A stretch of 64,000 nucleotides of DNA from Heterodontus francisci (Eukaryota), in contig NC_090398.1 in NCBI RefSeq assembly GCF_036365525.1, positions 6,572,001-6,636,000 of the forward strand, given 5' to 3'. The translations under genes and the position numbers were made by a program. Of the stretch, positions 1-12,534 are shown piece by piece (the first letter of the stretch is position 1; each line of letters opens with the position of its first letter). The notes beneath the pieces were generated by a model that was given only the letters and a program-made list of their open reading frames with translations, made no database searches and had not been told where the DNA came from.

Positions 1-2535
1 TCCTTACCCTGAATAAACAGTGACTCTGTACAGTTATACAGTGAGTGACCCTCACCCTGAATAAACAGTGACTCTGTACAGTTATACAGTGAGCGATCCT
101 CACCCTGAATAAACAGTGACTCTGTACAGTTACACAGTGAGCGATCCTCACCCTGAATAAACAGTGTCTCTGTACAGTTACACAGTGAGCAATCCTTACC
201 CTGAATAAACAGTGACTCTGTACAGTTACACAGTGAGTGATCCTTCCCCTGCTGAACAAACAGTGTCTCTGTACAGTTACACAGTGAGCAATCCATATCC
301 TGAATAAACAGTGACTCTGTACAGTTATACAGTGAGTGATCCTCACCCTGAATAAACAGTGACTCTGTACAGTTACACAGTGAGTGATCCTCACCCTGAA
401 TAAACAGTGACTCTGTACAGTTACACAGTGAGTGATCCTCACCCTGAATAAACAGTGACTCTGTACAGTTACACAGTGAGCGATCCTCACCCTGAATAAA
501 CAGTGACTCTGTACAGTTACACAGTGAGTGATCCTCACCCTGAATAAACAGTGACTCTGTACAGTTACACAGTGAGTGACCCTCACCCTGAATAAACAGT
601 GACTCTGTACAGTTACACAGTGAGCAATCCATATCCTGAATAAACAGTGACTCTGTACAGTTATACAGTGAGTGATCCTCACCCTGAATAAACAGTGACT
701 CTGTACAGTTACACAGTGAGTGATCCTTACCCTGAATAAACAGTGTCTCTGTACAGTTACACAGTGAGTGATCCTCACCCTGAATAAACAGTGACTCTGT
801 ACAGTTACACAGTGAGTGATCCTCACCCTGAATAAACAGTGACTCTGTACAGTTACACAGTGAGTGATCCTTAGCCTGCTGAATAAACAGTGACTCTGTA
901 CAGTTACACAGTGAGTGACCCTTACCCTGCTGAATAAACAGTGACTCTGTACAGTTCCACAGTGAGTGATCCTCACCCTGAATAAACAGTGACTCTGTAC
1001 AGTTGCACAGTGAGTGATCCTTACACTGAATAAACAGTGACTCTGTACAGTTACACAGTGAGTGATCCTTACACTGAATAAACAGTGACTCTGTACAGTT
1101 ATACAGTGAGTGACCCTTACCCTGCTGAATAAACAGTGACTCTGTACAGTTACACAGTGAGTGACCCTTACCCTGCTGAATAAACAGTGACTCTGTACAG
1201 TTACACAGTGAGTGACCCTTACCCTGCTGAATAAACAGTGACTCTGTACAGTTACACAGTGAGTGATCCTTACCCTGAATAAACAGTGACTCTGTACAGT
1301 TATACAGTGAGTGACCCTTACCCTGCTGAATAAACAGTGACTCTGTACAGTTACACAGTGAGTGACCCTTACCCTGCTGAATAAACAGTGACTCTGTACA
1401 GTTACACAGTGAGTGATCCTCACCCTGCTGAATAAACAGTGACTCTGTACAGTTACACAGTGAGTGATCCTTACCCTGAATAAACAGCGACTCTGTACAG
1501 TTACACAGTGAGTGATCCTCACCCTGAATAAACAGTGTCTCTGTACAGTTACACAGTGAGTGATCCTTACACTGAATAAACAGTGTCTCTGTACAGTTAC
1601 ACAGTGAGTGACCCTTACCCTGAATAAACAGTGACTCTGTACAGTTACACAGTGAGTGATCCTCACCCTGAATAAACAGTGTCTCTGTACAGTTACACAG
1701 TGAGTGATCCTTACACTGAATAAACAGTGACTCTGTACAGTTACACAGTGAGTGATCCTCACCCTGAATAAACAGTGTCTCTGTACAGTTACACAGTGAG
1801 TGATCCTCACCCTGAATAAACAGTGACTCTGTACAGTTACACAGTGAGTGATCCTCACCCTGCTGAATAAACAGTGACTCTGTACAGTTACACAGTGAGT
1901 GACCATTATCCTGCTGAATAAACAGTGACTCTGTACAGTTACACAGTGAGTGATCCTTACACTGAATAAACAGTGTCTCTGTACAGTTACACAGTGAGTG
2001 ACCCTTACCCTGAATAAACAGTGACTCTGTACAGTTACACAGTGAGTGATCCTCACCCTGAATAAACAGTGAGTCTGTACAGTTACACAGTGAGTGATCC
2101 TCACCCTGAATAAACAGTGACTCTGTACAGTTACACGGTGAGTGATCCTCACCCTGAATAAACAGTGACTCTGTACAGATACAGTGAGTGATCCTCACTC
2201 TGAATAAACAGTGACTCTGTACAGTTACAGTGAGTGATCCTCACCCTGAATAAACAGTGACTCTGTACAGTTACACGGTGAGTGATCCTCACCCTGAATA
2301 AACAGTGACTCTGTACAGATACAGTGAGTGATCCTCACTCTGAATAAACAGTGTCTCTGTTCAGTTACTCAGTGAGTGATCCTCACCTTGAATAAACAGT
2401 GTCTCTGTACAGTTACACAGTGAGTGATCCTCACCCTGAATAAACAGTGACTCTGTACAGTTACACAGTGAGTGATACTCACCCTGAATAAACAGTGACT
2501 CTGTACAGTTACACAGTGAGTGATCCTTCCCCTGA
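1..2535. repeat. 48-bp minisatellite (CCCTGAATAAACAGTGACTCTGTACAGTTACACAGTGAGTGATCCTCA), ~52 copies, runs off window start
   Basis: Direct tandem periodicity; 16-aa repeat in ORF track; 51-bp variants with extra CTG. Confidence 0.97.
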
Positions 2536-2735
2536 CAGAGACAGAGAGACACACAGAAAGGGAGAAATGGAGCAAGAGCGAGAGACACATAAACACAGAG
2601 ACTGAGAGACACAGACTGAGAGACAGAGAGGGACGGGGAGAGCGAGAGGGAGGGAAAGACGGGAGAGAGAGAGACACAGAGTGAGAGAGAGATGGAGTGA
2701 GAGAGAGATGGAGACTTGGACTGTGAGAAAGAGAG
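2536..2735. repeat. GA-rich low-complexity/microsatellite tract
   Basis: Degenerate (GA)n/(GACA)n. Confidence 0.85.
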
Positions 2736-2940
2736 TGGGTGGATGCTCAGACGTGTGTGGGCCTGGGTTTGGAAGGAGTGAAGTAAAGTGTTTACACAGG
2801 CAGGCAGCCAAGTCTCCATGCCATCTCGTTCTCAGTGACTGGCTGTCGGAAATGCTCTCATATTTACAGTTTACACTCTGTCCTTTGTTTAATTAAAAGA
2901 GAAATCTTCTCATGGTACAAAGCATGTCCATCAGAGGAAG

Positions 2941-3250
2941 GTAGAGGGAGCTTTACTCTGTATCTAACCCCCGTACTGTACCTGTCCTGGGAGTGTTTGA
3001 TGGGGACAGTGTAGAGGGAGCTTTACTCTGTATCTAACCCCGTACTGTACCTGTCCTGGGAGTGTTTGATGGGGACAGTGTAGAGGGAGCTTTACTCTGC
3101 ATCTAACCCCATACTGTACCTGTCCTGGGAGTGTTTGATGGGGACAGTGTGGAGGGAGCTTTACTCTGTATCTAACCCCGTACTGTACCTGTCCTGGGAG
3201 TGTTTGATGGGGACAGTGTGGAGGGAGCTTTACTCTGTATCTAACCCCGT
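2941..3250. repeat. 69-bp dispersed minisatellite (GTAGAGGGAGCTTTACTCTGTATCTAACCCCGTACTGTACCTGTCCTGGGAGTGTTTGATGGGGACAGT), ~4.5 copies; resumes at 3901-3948
   Basis: Tandem units at 2941, 3011, 3080...; same unit at 30303-30607. Confidence 0.93.
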
Positions 3251-3900
3251 TTTTTTTTCTCGTTTTTTTGTCTATAAGGTGGCCTTTATACCCCAGGCCC
3301 CTTTTATATTTTTCATGTCGAGTCGGCCTTTATTCCTCAGGCCCCCTTTATAAACATACTTATATTTTTAAAATAACTTCATTAAAACCAGAAATAAACA
3401 AAAAACTCAAATTAAAATGCCATTCTCAGCGTCGACAATGCACTCCAGTCCCTGCGGTGCCCACCGGTCGCGGAAGGCCTCAAGCGTACCGGCCGACACC
3501 GCATGCTCCTTCTCCAGGGACACCTGGGCGCAAACGTAACTGCGGAAGAGGGGCAGGCAATCGGGGAGGACGGACCCCCCCGACGGCCCGCAGCCTGGAC
3601 CTGTGAATTGCCACCTTGGCCAGGCCCAGGAGCAGACCGACGAGGAGATCCTCCTCCCGGCCCACGCCCCTCCGCACCGGGTGCCCAAAGATCAGGAGCG
3701 TGGGACTGAAGTGCAGCCAGAATTTGAGGAGCAGCCCCTTCAAATACTCAAAGAGGGGCTGCAACCTCGCACACTCCGTATAAATGTGGAACACGGACTC
3801 GTCCAGGCCGCAGAAAGTACAGGCGGCCTGGGAGTCCGTGAACCTACTTAAAAGCCTATTGCACGGGACTGCCCTGTGCAACACCCTCCACCACAGGTCT
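3250..3900 (-). mobile_element. Tx1-clade (L1 group) non-LTR retrotransposon, 5'-truncated 3' fragment with zf-RVT domain, 3'UTR and A-rich tail
   Basis: Translation LWWRVLHRAVPCNRLL...CTFCGLDESVFHIYTEC...LGLAKVAIHRSR, frameshifted continuation ...AFRDRWAPQGLECIVDAENGILI* (stop 3407-3409); T-run at 3250 is the tail on -. Confidence 0.85.
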
Positions 3901-4169
3901 ATACCTGTCCTGGGAGTGTTTGACGAGGACAGTGTAGAGGGAGCTTTAAGAGAGAAAAGATGGATTTTGTCTGGTGACGAGCTCTGAAACTTCTCACTGA
4001 GGACAGATTCTCCCACTTGGCAGTGGTGACTAATCAAACTGGTTCAACTTGTATTTCTGTTCATTCTCAGTGCCTGATGATTCCCATAGTCAAAAAGGTG
4101 ACGTTCCCAGAACCCCTGGTGTCAGGTTCCATTCTCACTCACTCTGTTACTCACTCCCAGGTATCTCGT

Positions 4170-6669
4170 TTATTTATTCATTCATGCGATGTGGGCATCA
4201 CCGGCCAGGTCAGCATTTATTGTCCATCCCTAATTGCCCTTGAGCAGGTGGTGGTGAGCTGCCTTCTTGAACCGCTGCAGTCCATGTGGGGTAGGTACAC
4301 CCACTGTGCTGTTAGGAAGGGAGTTCCAGGATTTTGACCCAGCCACAGGAAAGGAACGGCGATATAGTTCCAAGTCAGGATGGTGTGTGACTTGGAGGGG
4401 AACTTGCAGATGGTGGTGTTCCCATGCATTTGCTGCCCTTGTCCTTCTAGTTGGTAGAGGTCGTGGGTTTGGAAGGTGCTGTCTGAGCAGCCTTGGTGCA
4501 TTGCTGCAGTGCATCTTGTAGATGGTACACACTGCTGCCACTGTGCGTCGGTGGTGGAGGGAGTGAATGTTTGTAGATGGGGTGCTAATCAAGTGGGCTG
4601 CTTTGTCCTGGATGGTGTCGAGCTTCTTGAGTGTTGTTGCAGCTGCACCCATCTAGGCAAGTGGAGAGTATTCCATCACACTCCTGACTTGTACCTTGTA
4701 GATGGTGGACAGGCTTTGGGGAGTCAGGAGGTGAGTTACTCGCCGCAGGATTCCTAGCCTCTGACCTGCTCTTGTAGCCATGGTATTTATATGGCTACTC
4801 CAGTTCAGTTTCTGGTCAATGGTAACCCCTAGGATGTTGATAGTGGGGAATTCAGCGATGGTAATGTCGTTGAATGTCAAGGGGAGATGGTTAGATTCTC
4901 TCTTGTTGGAGATGGTCATTGCCTGGCACTTGTGTGGCGCGAATGTTACTTGCCACTTATCAGCCCAAGCCTGGATATTGTCCAGGTCTTGCTGCATTTC
5001 TACACAGACTGCTTCAGTATCTGAGGAGTCACGAATGGTGCTGAACATTGTGCAATCATCAGCGAACATCCCCACTTCTGACCTTATGACTGAAGGAAGG
5101 TCATTGATGAAGCAGCTGAAGATGGTTTGGCCGAGGACACTACCCTGAGGAACTCCTGCAGTGATGTCCTGGAGCTCAGATGATTGACCTCCAACAACCA
5201 CAGCCATCTTCCTTTGCACTAGGTATGACTCCAACCAGTGGAGGGTTTTCCCCCTGATTCCCATTGACCTCAGTTTTGCTCGGGCTCCTTGATGCCATAC
5301 TCGGTCAAATGCTGCCTTGATGTCAAGGGCAGTCACTCTCACCTCACGAGTTCAGCTCATGTTTGAACCAAGGCTGTAATGAGGTCAGGAGCTGAGTGGC
5401 CCTGGCGGAACCCAAACTGAGCGTCACTGAGCAGGTGATTGCTAAGCAAGTGCCACTTGATGGCACTGTGCTGCGGCTGATGGCCCACAGCGCCTCATGG
5501 ATGCCCAGTTTTGCATTGCTAGATCTGTTCGAAATCTGTCCCATTTAGCACGGTGATAGTGCCACACAACACGATGGAGGGTATCCTCAATGTGAATGCG
5601 GGACTTCATCTCCACAAGGACTGTGCGGTGGTCACTCCTAACAATACTGTCATGGACAGATGCATCTGCAGCAGGCAGATTGGTGAGGACGAGGTCAAGT
5701 ATGTTTTTCCCTCGTGTTGGTTCCCCCACCACCTGCCGCAGACCCAGTCTAGCAGCTTTGTCCTTTAGGACTCGGCCAGCTCGGTCAGTAGTGGTGCTAC
5801 CGAGCCACTCTTGGTGATGGACATTGAAGTCCCCCACCCAGAGTACATTCTGTGCCCTTGCCACCCTCAGTGTTTCCTCCAAGTGGTGTTCAACATGGAG
5901 GAGTACTGAGTCATCAGCTGAGGGAGGGTGGTAGGTGGTAATCAGTTGGAGGTTTCCTTGTCCATGTTTGACCGGATGCCCTGAGACTTCATGGGGTCTG
6001 GAGTCGATGTTGAGGACTCCCAGGGCAACTCCCTCCCTACTGTATACCACTGTGCCACCACCTCTGCTGGGTCTGTCCTGCCTGTTGGACAGGACGTACC
6101 CGGGGATGGTGATGGCAGTGTCTGGGACGTTGTCTGTAAGGTATGATTCCGTGAGTATGACTATGTCAGGCTGTTGCTTGACTAGTCTGTGGGGCAGCTC
6201 TCCCAACTTTGGCACAAGCCCCCAGATGTTAGTAAGGAAGACTTTACAGGGTCGACAGGGCTGGGTTTGCCGTTGTCGTTTCCGGTGCCTAGGTCGATGC
6301 CGGGTGGTCCGTCCGGTTTCATTCCTTTTTATTGACTTTGTAGCGGTTAGGACCAACTGAGTGTCTTGCTCGGCCATTTCAGAGGGCATGTAAGAGTTAA
6401 TCACATTGCTGTGGGTCTGGAGTCACATGTCGGCCAGACCAGGTAAGGACAGCAGATTTCCTTCCCTAAAGGACATTAGTGAACCAGATGGGTTTTAACA
6501 ACAATCGACAATGGTTTCATGGTCATCATTAGACGAGCTTTTAATTCCAGATTTATTAATTAAATTCAAATTTCACCATCTGCCGAGTTGGGATTCGAAA
6601 CGATGTCCCCAGAGAGAAACCTAGGGTCTCTGGGTTACTAGTTCAGTGTCAATACCACCGCCTCGCCTA
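4170..6669 (-). mobile_element. CR1-group LINE (APE endonuclease + RT), internally deleted and inactivated, with tRNA-derived SINE-like 5' head
   Basis: APE motifs (PDIVILTES, GGGTVVY, GDFNVHH, PTRGKNILDLVLT, SDH) in ORF 5442-6404; RT motifs (DIKAAFDRVWH, GVPQGSVLG, FADD) in 4653-5342; C-terminus HHHLLKGN* then AATAAA and (ATGA/ATAA)n tail at ~4170; premature stop at 4653-4655; deletion junction ~5469. Confidence 0.92.
6360..6669 (-). mobile_element. tRNA-derived SINE head and conserved body (Meta-domain-like) forming the 5' end of the LINE
   Basis: B-box-like GTTTCGAATCC at 6601-6591, degenerate A-box near 6650-6666; body CTGGTTCACTAATGTCCTTTAGGGAAGGAAATCTG...TGTGACTCCAGACCCACAGCAATGTG resembles recalled MetaSINE consensus. 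Confidence 0.7.
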
Positions 6670-8882
6670 TATTCTATATATAAACCATCCCCCCCGATCC
6701 CCTCGATTAGATTCCAGTCTGCAACTCACTCCGGGTATCTGTTATTCTATATATAAACCCCCCGAACCCCTCGATTAGATTCCAGTCTGTAACTCACTCC
6801 CGGGTATCTGTTATTCTATATATAAACCCCCCGAACCCCTCGATTAGATTCCAGTCTGCAACTCACTCCGGGTATCTGTTATTCTATATATAAACCCTCC
6901 CCCCCGAACCCCTCGATTAGATTCCAGTCTGCAACTCACTCCGGGTATCTGTTATTCTATATATAAACCCCCCCTAACCCCTCGATTAGATTCCAGTCTG
7001 CAACTCACTCCGGGTATCTGTTATTCTATATATAAACCCCCCTAACCCCTCGATTAGATTCCAGTCTGCAACTCACTCCTGGGTATCTGTTATTCTATAT
7101 ATAAACCCCCCGAACCCCTCGATTAGATTCCAGTCTGCAACTCACTCCCGGGTTTCTGTTATTCTGTATATAAACCCTCCCCCCCGAACCCCTCGATTAC
7201 ATTCCAGTCTGCAACTCACTCCCGGGTATCTGTTATTCTATATATAAACCCCTCGAACCCCTCGATTAGATTCCAGTCTGCAACTCACTCCCGGGTATCT
7301 GTTATTCTATATATAAACCCCTCTAACCCCTCGATTAGATTCCAGTCTGCAACTCCCTCCCGGGTATCTGTTATTCTATATATAAACCCTCCCCCCTGAA
7401 CCCCTCGATTAGATTCCAGTCTGCAACTCCCTCCCGGGTATCTGTTATTCTATACATAAACCCTCCACCCCGAACCCCTCGATTGGATTCCAGTCTGCAA
7501 CTCACTCCCGGGTATCTGTTATTCCATATATAAACCCCCCAAACCCCACGATTAGATTCCAGTCTGTAACTCACACCCGGGTATCTGTTATTCTATATAT
7601 AAACCCTTCCCCCCGAACCCCTCGATTAGATTCCGGTCTGTAACTCACTCCCGGGTATCTGTTATTCTATATATAAACCCCCCGAACCCCTCGATTAGAT
7701 TCCAGTCTGTAACTCACTCCCAGGTATCTGTTATTCTATCGATAAACCACCCCGAACCCCTCGATTAGATTCCAGTCTGTAACTCACTCCCGGGTATCTG
7801 TTATTCCATATATAAACCCCCCGAACCGATGGATTAGATTCCAGTCTGTAACTCACTCCCGGGTATCTGTTATTCTATATATAAACCCCACCAAACCCCT
7901 CGATTAGATTCCAGTCTGTAACTCACTCCCGGGTATCTGTTATTCTATATATAAACACCCCGAACCCCTCGATTAGATTCCAGTCTGTAACTCACTCCCG
8001 GGTATCTGTTATTCCATATATAAACCCCCCGAACCGCTCGATTAGATTCCAGTCTGTAACTCACTCCCGGGTATCTGTTATTCTATATATAAACCCCCCC
8101 AAACCCCTCGATTAGATTCCAGTCTGTAACTCACTCCGGGTTTCTGTTATTCAATATATAAACCACCCGAACCCCTCGATTAGATTCCAGTCTGTAACTC
8201 ACTCCCGGGTATCTGTTATTCTATATATAAACCCCCCCAAACCCCTCGATTAGATTCCAGTCTGTAACTCACTCCCGGGTATCTGTTATTCTAATTATAA
8301 ACCCCCCGAACCCCTCGATTAGATTCCAGTCTGTAACTCACTCCGGGTATCTGTTATTCTATATATAAACCCTCCCCCCCCCGATTAGATTCCAGTCTGT
8401 AACTCACTCCCGGGTATCTGTTATTCTATATATAAACCCCCCGAACCCCTCGATTAGATTCCAGTCTGTAACTCACTCCGGGTATCTGTTATTCTATATA
8501 TAAACCCCCTCGATTAGATTCCAGTCTGTAACTCACTCCTGGGTATCTGTTATTCTATATATAAAAGCTCCCCCCCGAACCCCTCGATTAGATTCCAGTC
8601 TGCAACTCACTCCGGGTATCTGTTATTCTCTATATAAACCCTCCCCCCTGAACACCTCGATTAGATTCCAGTCTGTAACTCACTCCCGGGTATCTGTTAT
8701 TCTATATATAAACACCCCCGAACCCCTCGATTAGATTCCAGTCTGTAACTCACTCCCGGGTATCTGTTATTCTATATATAAACCCCCCCGAACCGCTCGA
8801 TTAGATTCCAGTCTGTAACTCACTATCGGGTTTCTGTTATTCTATATCTAAACCCCCAAACCCTCGATTAGATTCCAGTCTG
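6670..8882. repeat. ~69-72-bp minisatellite (ATTAGATTCCAGTCTGTAACTCACTCCCGGGTATCTGTTATTCTATATATAAACCCCCCGAACCCCTCG), ~32 copies
   Basis: Tandem periodicity; first unit is split by the LINE (left half at ~4143-4170). Confidence 0.96.
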
Positions 8883-8894
8883 AAATAGTGATAA

Positions 8895-9508
8895 TAGTGA
8901 TTTCAGTGTGTGTGTATGTGTGTGAGAGCCCCTGTGTGAAGGAACACTCCTTTCATAGCGATTTCAGTGTGCGTGAGAGCCCGGGTGTGATGGAACACTC
9001 CTTTAATAGTGATTTCAGTGTGTGTGTGAGAGCCCGGGTGTGAAGGAACACTCCTTTAATAGTGATTTCAGTGTGTGTGAGAGCCCGGGTGTGAAGGAAC
9101 ACTCCTTTAATAGTGATTTCAGTGTGTGTGAGAGCCCGGGTGTGAAGGAACACTCCTTTCATAGTGATTTCAGTGTGTGTGAGAGCCCGGGCGTGAAGGA
9201 ACACTCCTTTTATAGTGATTTCAGTGTGTGAGAGCCCGGGTGTGAAGGAACACTCCTTTAATAGTGATTTCAGTGCGTGTGAGAGCCCGGGTGTGAAGGA
9301 ACACTCCTTTCATAGTGATTTCAGTGCGTGAGAGAGCCCGGGTGTGAAGGAACACTCCTTTCATAGTGATTTCAGTGACTGAGAGAGCCCGGGTGTGAAG
9401 GAACACTCCTTTAATAGTGATTTCAGTGTGTGTGAGCCCGGGTGTGAAGGAACACTCCTTTAATAGTGATTTCAGTGTGTGTGAGCCCGGGTGTGAAGGA
9501 ACACTCCT
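8895..9508. repeat. 51-bp minisatellite (AGTGATTTCAGTGTGTGTGAGAGCCCGGGTGTGAAGGAACACTCCTTTAAT), ~12 copies
   Basis: Tandem periodicity, 17-aa repeat ORFs. Confidence 0.95.
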
Positions 9509-9857
9509 GCAATAGTAAGGTAGTGTGGAAGTGTGGAAAGTACAGGATTCAGACTGTATGGTATAAATTCTGCTCCCAGGAGTGAGTCACTCTTATTTGC
9601 CTTGGCTCTGTGACAGGTCTGCCTTGCTTGGAGCTCAGGGTGCGGCCGTTTGGGGGAGGGGAGAGAATATGGATGGGCTTCCCATTTTTTCATTCCGTTG
9701 GACTGAGGGGTTATGTGCTGGCGAAGAATTGGCATGAGAGTCAGTGAAGAGATGGCAGGAGGTGAAATTTGAGGGCAGTGGGTCAAGCACAGAAAAGCCA
9801 TGTTGATGTCCTCGGAATACTGTGGAAACCAGTGCCACATATTTGCAAATCCTACAG

Positions 9858-11003
9858 GTCAAATCCCTTCCCTTTGACTCCCACTGTACACAATCCCAAC
9901 GGATCAAACTCCTTCCCGTTCACTCCCACTGTACACAATCCCCTTCCCGTTCACTGCCACTGTACACAATCCCATTGGATCAAACCCCTTCCCATTCACT
10001 CCCACAGTACACAATCCCAATTGATCAAACCCCTTTCCCATTCGCTCCCACTGTACACAATCCCATTGGATCAAACCCCTTCCCATTCACTCCCACTGTA
10101 CACAATCCCGATGGATCAAACCCTTTTCCATTCACTCCCACTTTACACAATCCCCTTCCCGTTCACTCCCACTGAACACAATCCCGATGGATCAAACCCC
10201 TTTCCGTTCACTCCCACTGGACACAATCCCGATGGATCAAACCCCTTCCCGTTCCCTCCCACTGGACACAATCCACTTCCCCTTCCCTCCCACTGGACAC
10301 AATCCCCTTCCCTCCCACTGGACACAATCCCTCCGGATCAAACCCCTTCCCCTTCACTCCCACTGTCCACAATCCCCTTCCCGTTCACTCCCACTGTACA
10401 CAATCCCTACGGATCAAACCCCTTCCCCTTCACTCCTACTGTCCACAATCCCCTTCCCGTTCACTCCCACTGTACACAATCCCTACGGATCAAACCCCTT
10501 CCCCTTCACTCCTACTGTCCACAATCCCCTTCCCGTTCACTCCCACTGTACACAATCCCTACGGATCAAACCCCTTCCCCTTCACTCCCACTGTCCACAA
10601 TCCCCTTGCCATTCACTCCCACTGTACACAATCCCTACGGATCAAACCCCTTCCCCTTCACTCCCACTGTACACAATCCCCTTCCCGTTCACACCCACTG
10701 TCCACAATCCCCTTCCCGTTCACACCCACTGTCCACAATCCCCTTCCCGTTCACTCCCACTGTACACAATCCCTACGGATCAAACCCCTTCCCCTTCACA
10801 CCCACTGTCCACAATCCCCTTCCCGTTCACTCCCACTGTACACAATCCAACGGATCAATCCCCTTCCTGTTCACTCCCACCGTACACAATCCCAATGGAT
10901 CAAACCCCTTCCCGTTCACTCCCACTGCACACAATCCCAACAGATCAAACCCCTTCCCGTTCACTTCCACTGTACATAATCCCAATGGATCAAACTGCTT
11001 CCC
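9858..11003. repeat. Compound 31/45-bp minisatellite (CCCTTCCCGTTCACTCCCACTGTACACAATC +/- CCTACGGATCAAAC)
   Basis: Alternating short and long units. Confidence 0.94.
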
Positions 11004-11034
11004 GAATTGTTTTACAGCAAATATGAAGTGAGCT

Positions 11035-11202
11035 GCACTCACTGTCTTAATTAGGCACAGCAAGATCCCACAAAGCTATGCATTAATAATCAGATTTTTT
11101 TTGTGTTGTGGATTCAGGGTTAATATCAGCCCTGGCGTCACTGGACAAGATTCCCCTCTCCACCTTGCAATTGGGGCTATGGGATTTCTACCATCCAACT
11201 GA
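11035..11202 (-). mobile_element. Degenerate Deu-domain SINE (SacSINE1/AmnSINE1-like) 3' fragment
   Basis: Reverse complement reads CCTCAGTTGGATGGTAGAAATCCCATAGC...GCTTTGTGGGATCTTGCTGTGC, like the recalled Deu-SINE consensus. Confidence 0.6.
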
Positions 11203-11544
11203 GGGCGGTACAGTGGTACCGCAGCCTCACAGCACCAGCGACCCGGGTTCAATTCTGGGTACTGCCTGAGTGGAGTTTGCAAGTTCTCCCTGTGTCTGCG
11301 TGGGTTTTCTCCGGGTGCTCCGGTTTCCTCCCACAAGCCAAAAGACTTGCAGGTTGGTAGGTAAATTGGTAATTATAAATTGCCCCTAGTATAGGTAGGT
11401 GGTAGTAAAATATAGGGACAGGTGGGGATGTGGTAGGAATATGGGATTAGTGTAGGATGAGTATAAATGGGTGATTGATGGTCAGCACAGACTCGGTGGG
11501 CCGAAGGGCCTGTTTCAGTGCTGTATCTCTAAACTAAACTAAAC
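11203..11544 (+). mobile_element. tRNA-derived V-SINE (shark HE1-like), near full length
   Basis: tRNA head (GGGTTCAATTC B-box), V-domain GTTCTCCCTGTGTCTGCGTGGGTTTTCTCCGGGTGCTCCGGTTTCCTCCCACA, CR1-type tail GGGCCGAAGGGCCTGTTTCAGTGCTGTATCT(CTAAA)n. Confidence 0.9.
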
Positions 11545-11565
11545 CTCCCTCAGTACCGACCCTCC

Positions 11566-11713
11566 GAGTCGCTGGGCGCGGGACCCGCACCCCACCGGGA
11601 GTCGCTGGGCGCGGGACCCGCACCCCACCGGGAGTCGCTGGGCGCGGGACCCGCACCCCACCGGGAGTCGCTGGGCGCGGGACCCGCACCCCACCGGGAG
11701 TCGCTGGGCGCGG
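11566..11713. repeat. 33-bp GC-rich minisatellite (GAGTCGCTGGGCGCGGGACCCGCACCCCACCGG) x ~4.4
   Basis: Perfect tandem units. Confidence 0.95.
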
Positions 11714-12534
11714 GGAGGATTCACTCATGATTCTGTTGCACAGAGACATATTGACAGGGGGACATAGTGCAAGGTTGCTGTGTATGTTGATGATTAATCC
11801 TTATCTGTGGTGCTAAGTGTGAGTGGCTGAGGGATACAGGCTTCAGGACTGGAATCAATTACCCTCGGAACAGCTCACCGCAGACAACGAGCAACTCAGT
11901 CCCTAACACCCTGCAACTGCAGGCACACAGCCATGTACCTCAGCAAATCCATCCCAAATCCAAAGCCCTTACCACCGCAGTCCACACCGAGGGGCTACTC
12001 GACTCAGGAAACCATCGCCGAGCTGCAACCTCCCTCCCCCAGCCAAACTCCAGGGGTAATTGGAATGATTTCAGCCAGCAATCCCCGCCAACACCCCTGT
12101 CCCCTCACCCCACCTCCCTCTCCCGGAGACAGGGACATACATTCCAGCCACGGTTCTCAAACAAAACGACCTGCTCGTTAACGTATTGGGGTTAGTGGGA
12201 TCTTGCTGTGCTCAGTTCGGCCGCCAGCTCCTGTGCAACGGCGACCACGTTCTGGGGGCGGCCCATGGGTTGGGATGTTAATTGGGTTCTGCTGGCTGGG
12301 AGCAGGAGGGGGAAGGGACTGGAGTCCTGGGAGATCACCCCTTTACTGCTTTTTGTAGGCATCCGCAATGGAATCTCCCACCTTTCCGTTCCTGCTGAAT
12401 ACGGAACGGATCAGGGACATGGGAGAGATCGGGAACGGCAGCAGCAGACGGCATGAAGCAGAGTCTCGGGCTCCCTCTCCTCTTGGAACTCCCCACGGGA
12501 ATGGGGGGGGAGGCTCCCTTGGCCGGTCTCGAGC

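Noticed and set aside
6670-8882. Repeated TATATAAA as an array of TATA promoters
   Set aside because: Simple AT-rich part of the repeat unit with no associated gene start.
9472-9907. Short ORFs in unique sequence between arrays
   Set aside because: No homology recognised and no supporting splice signals.
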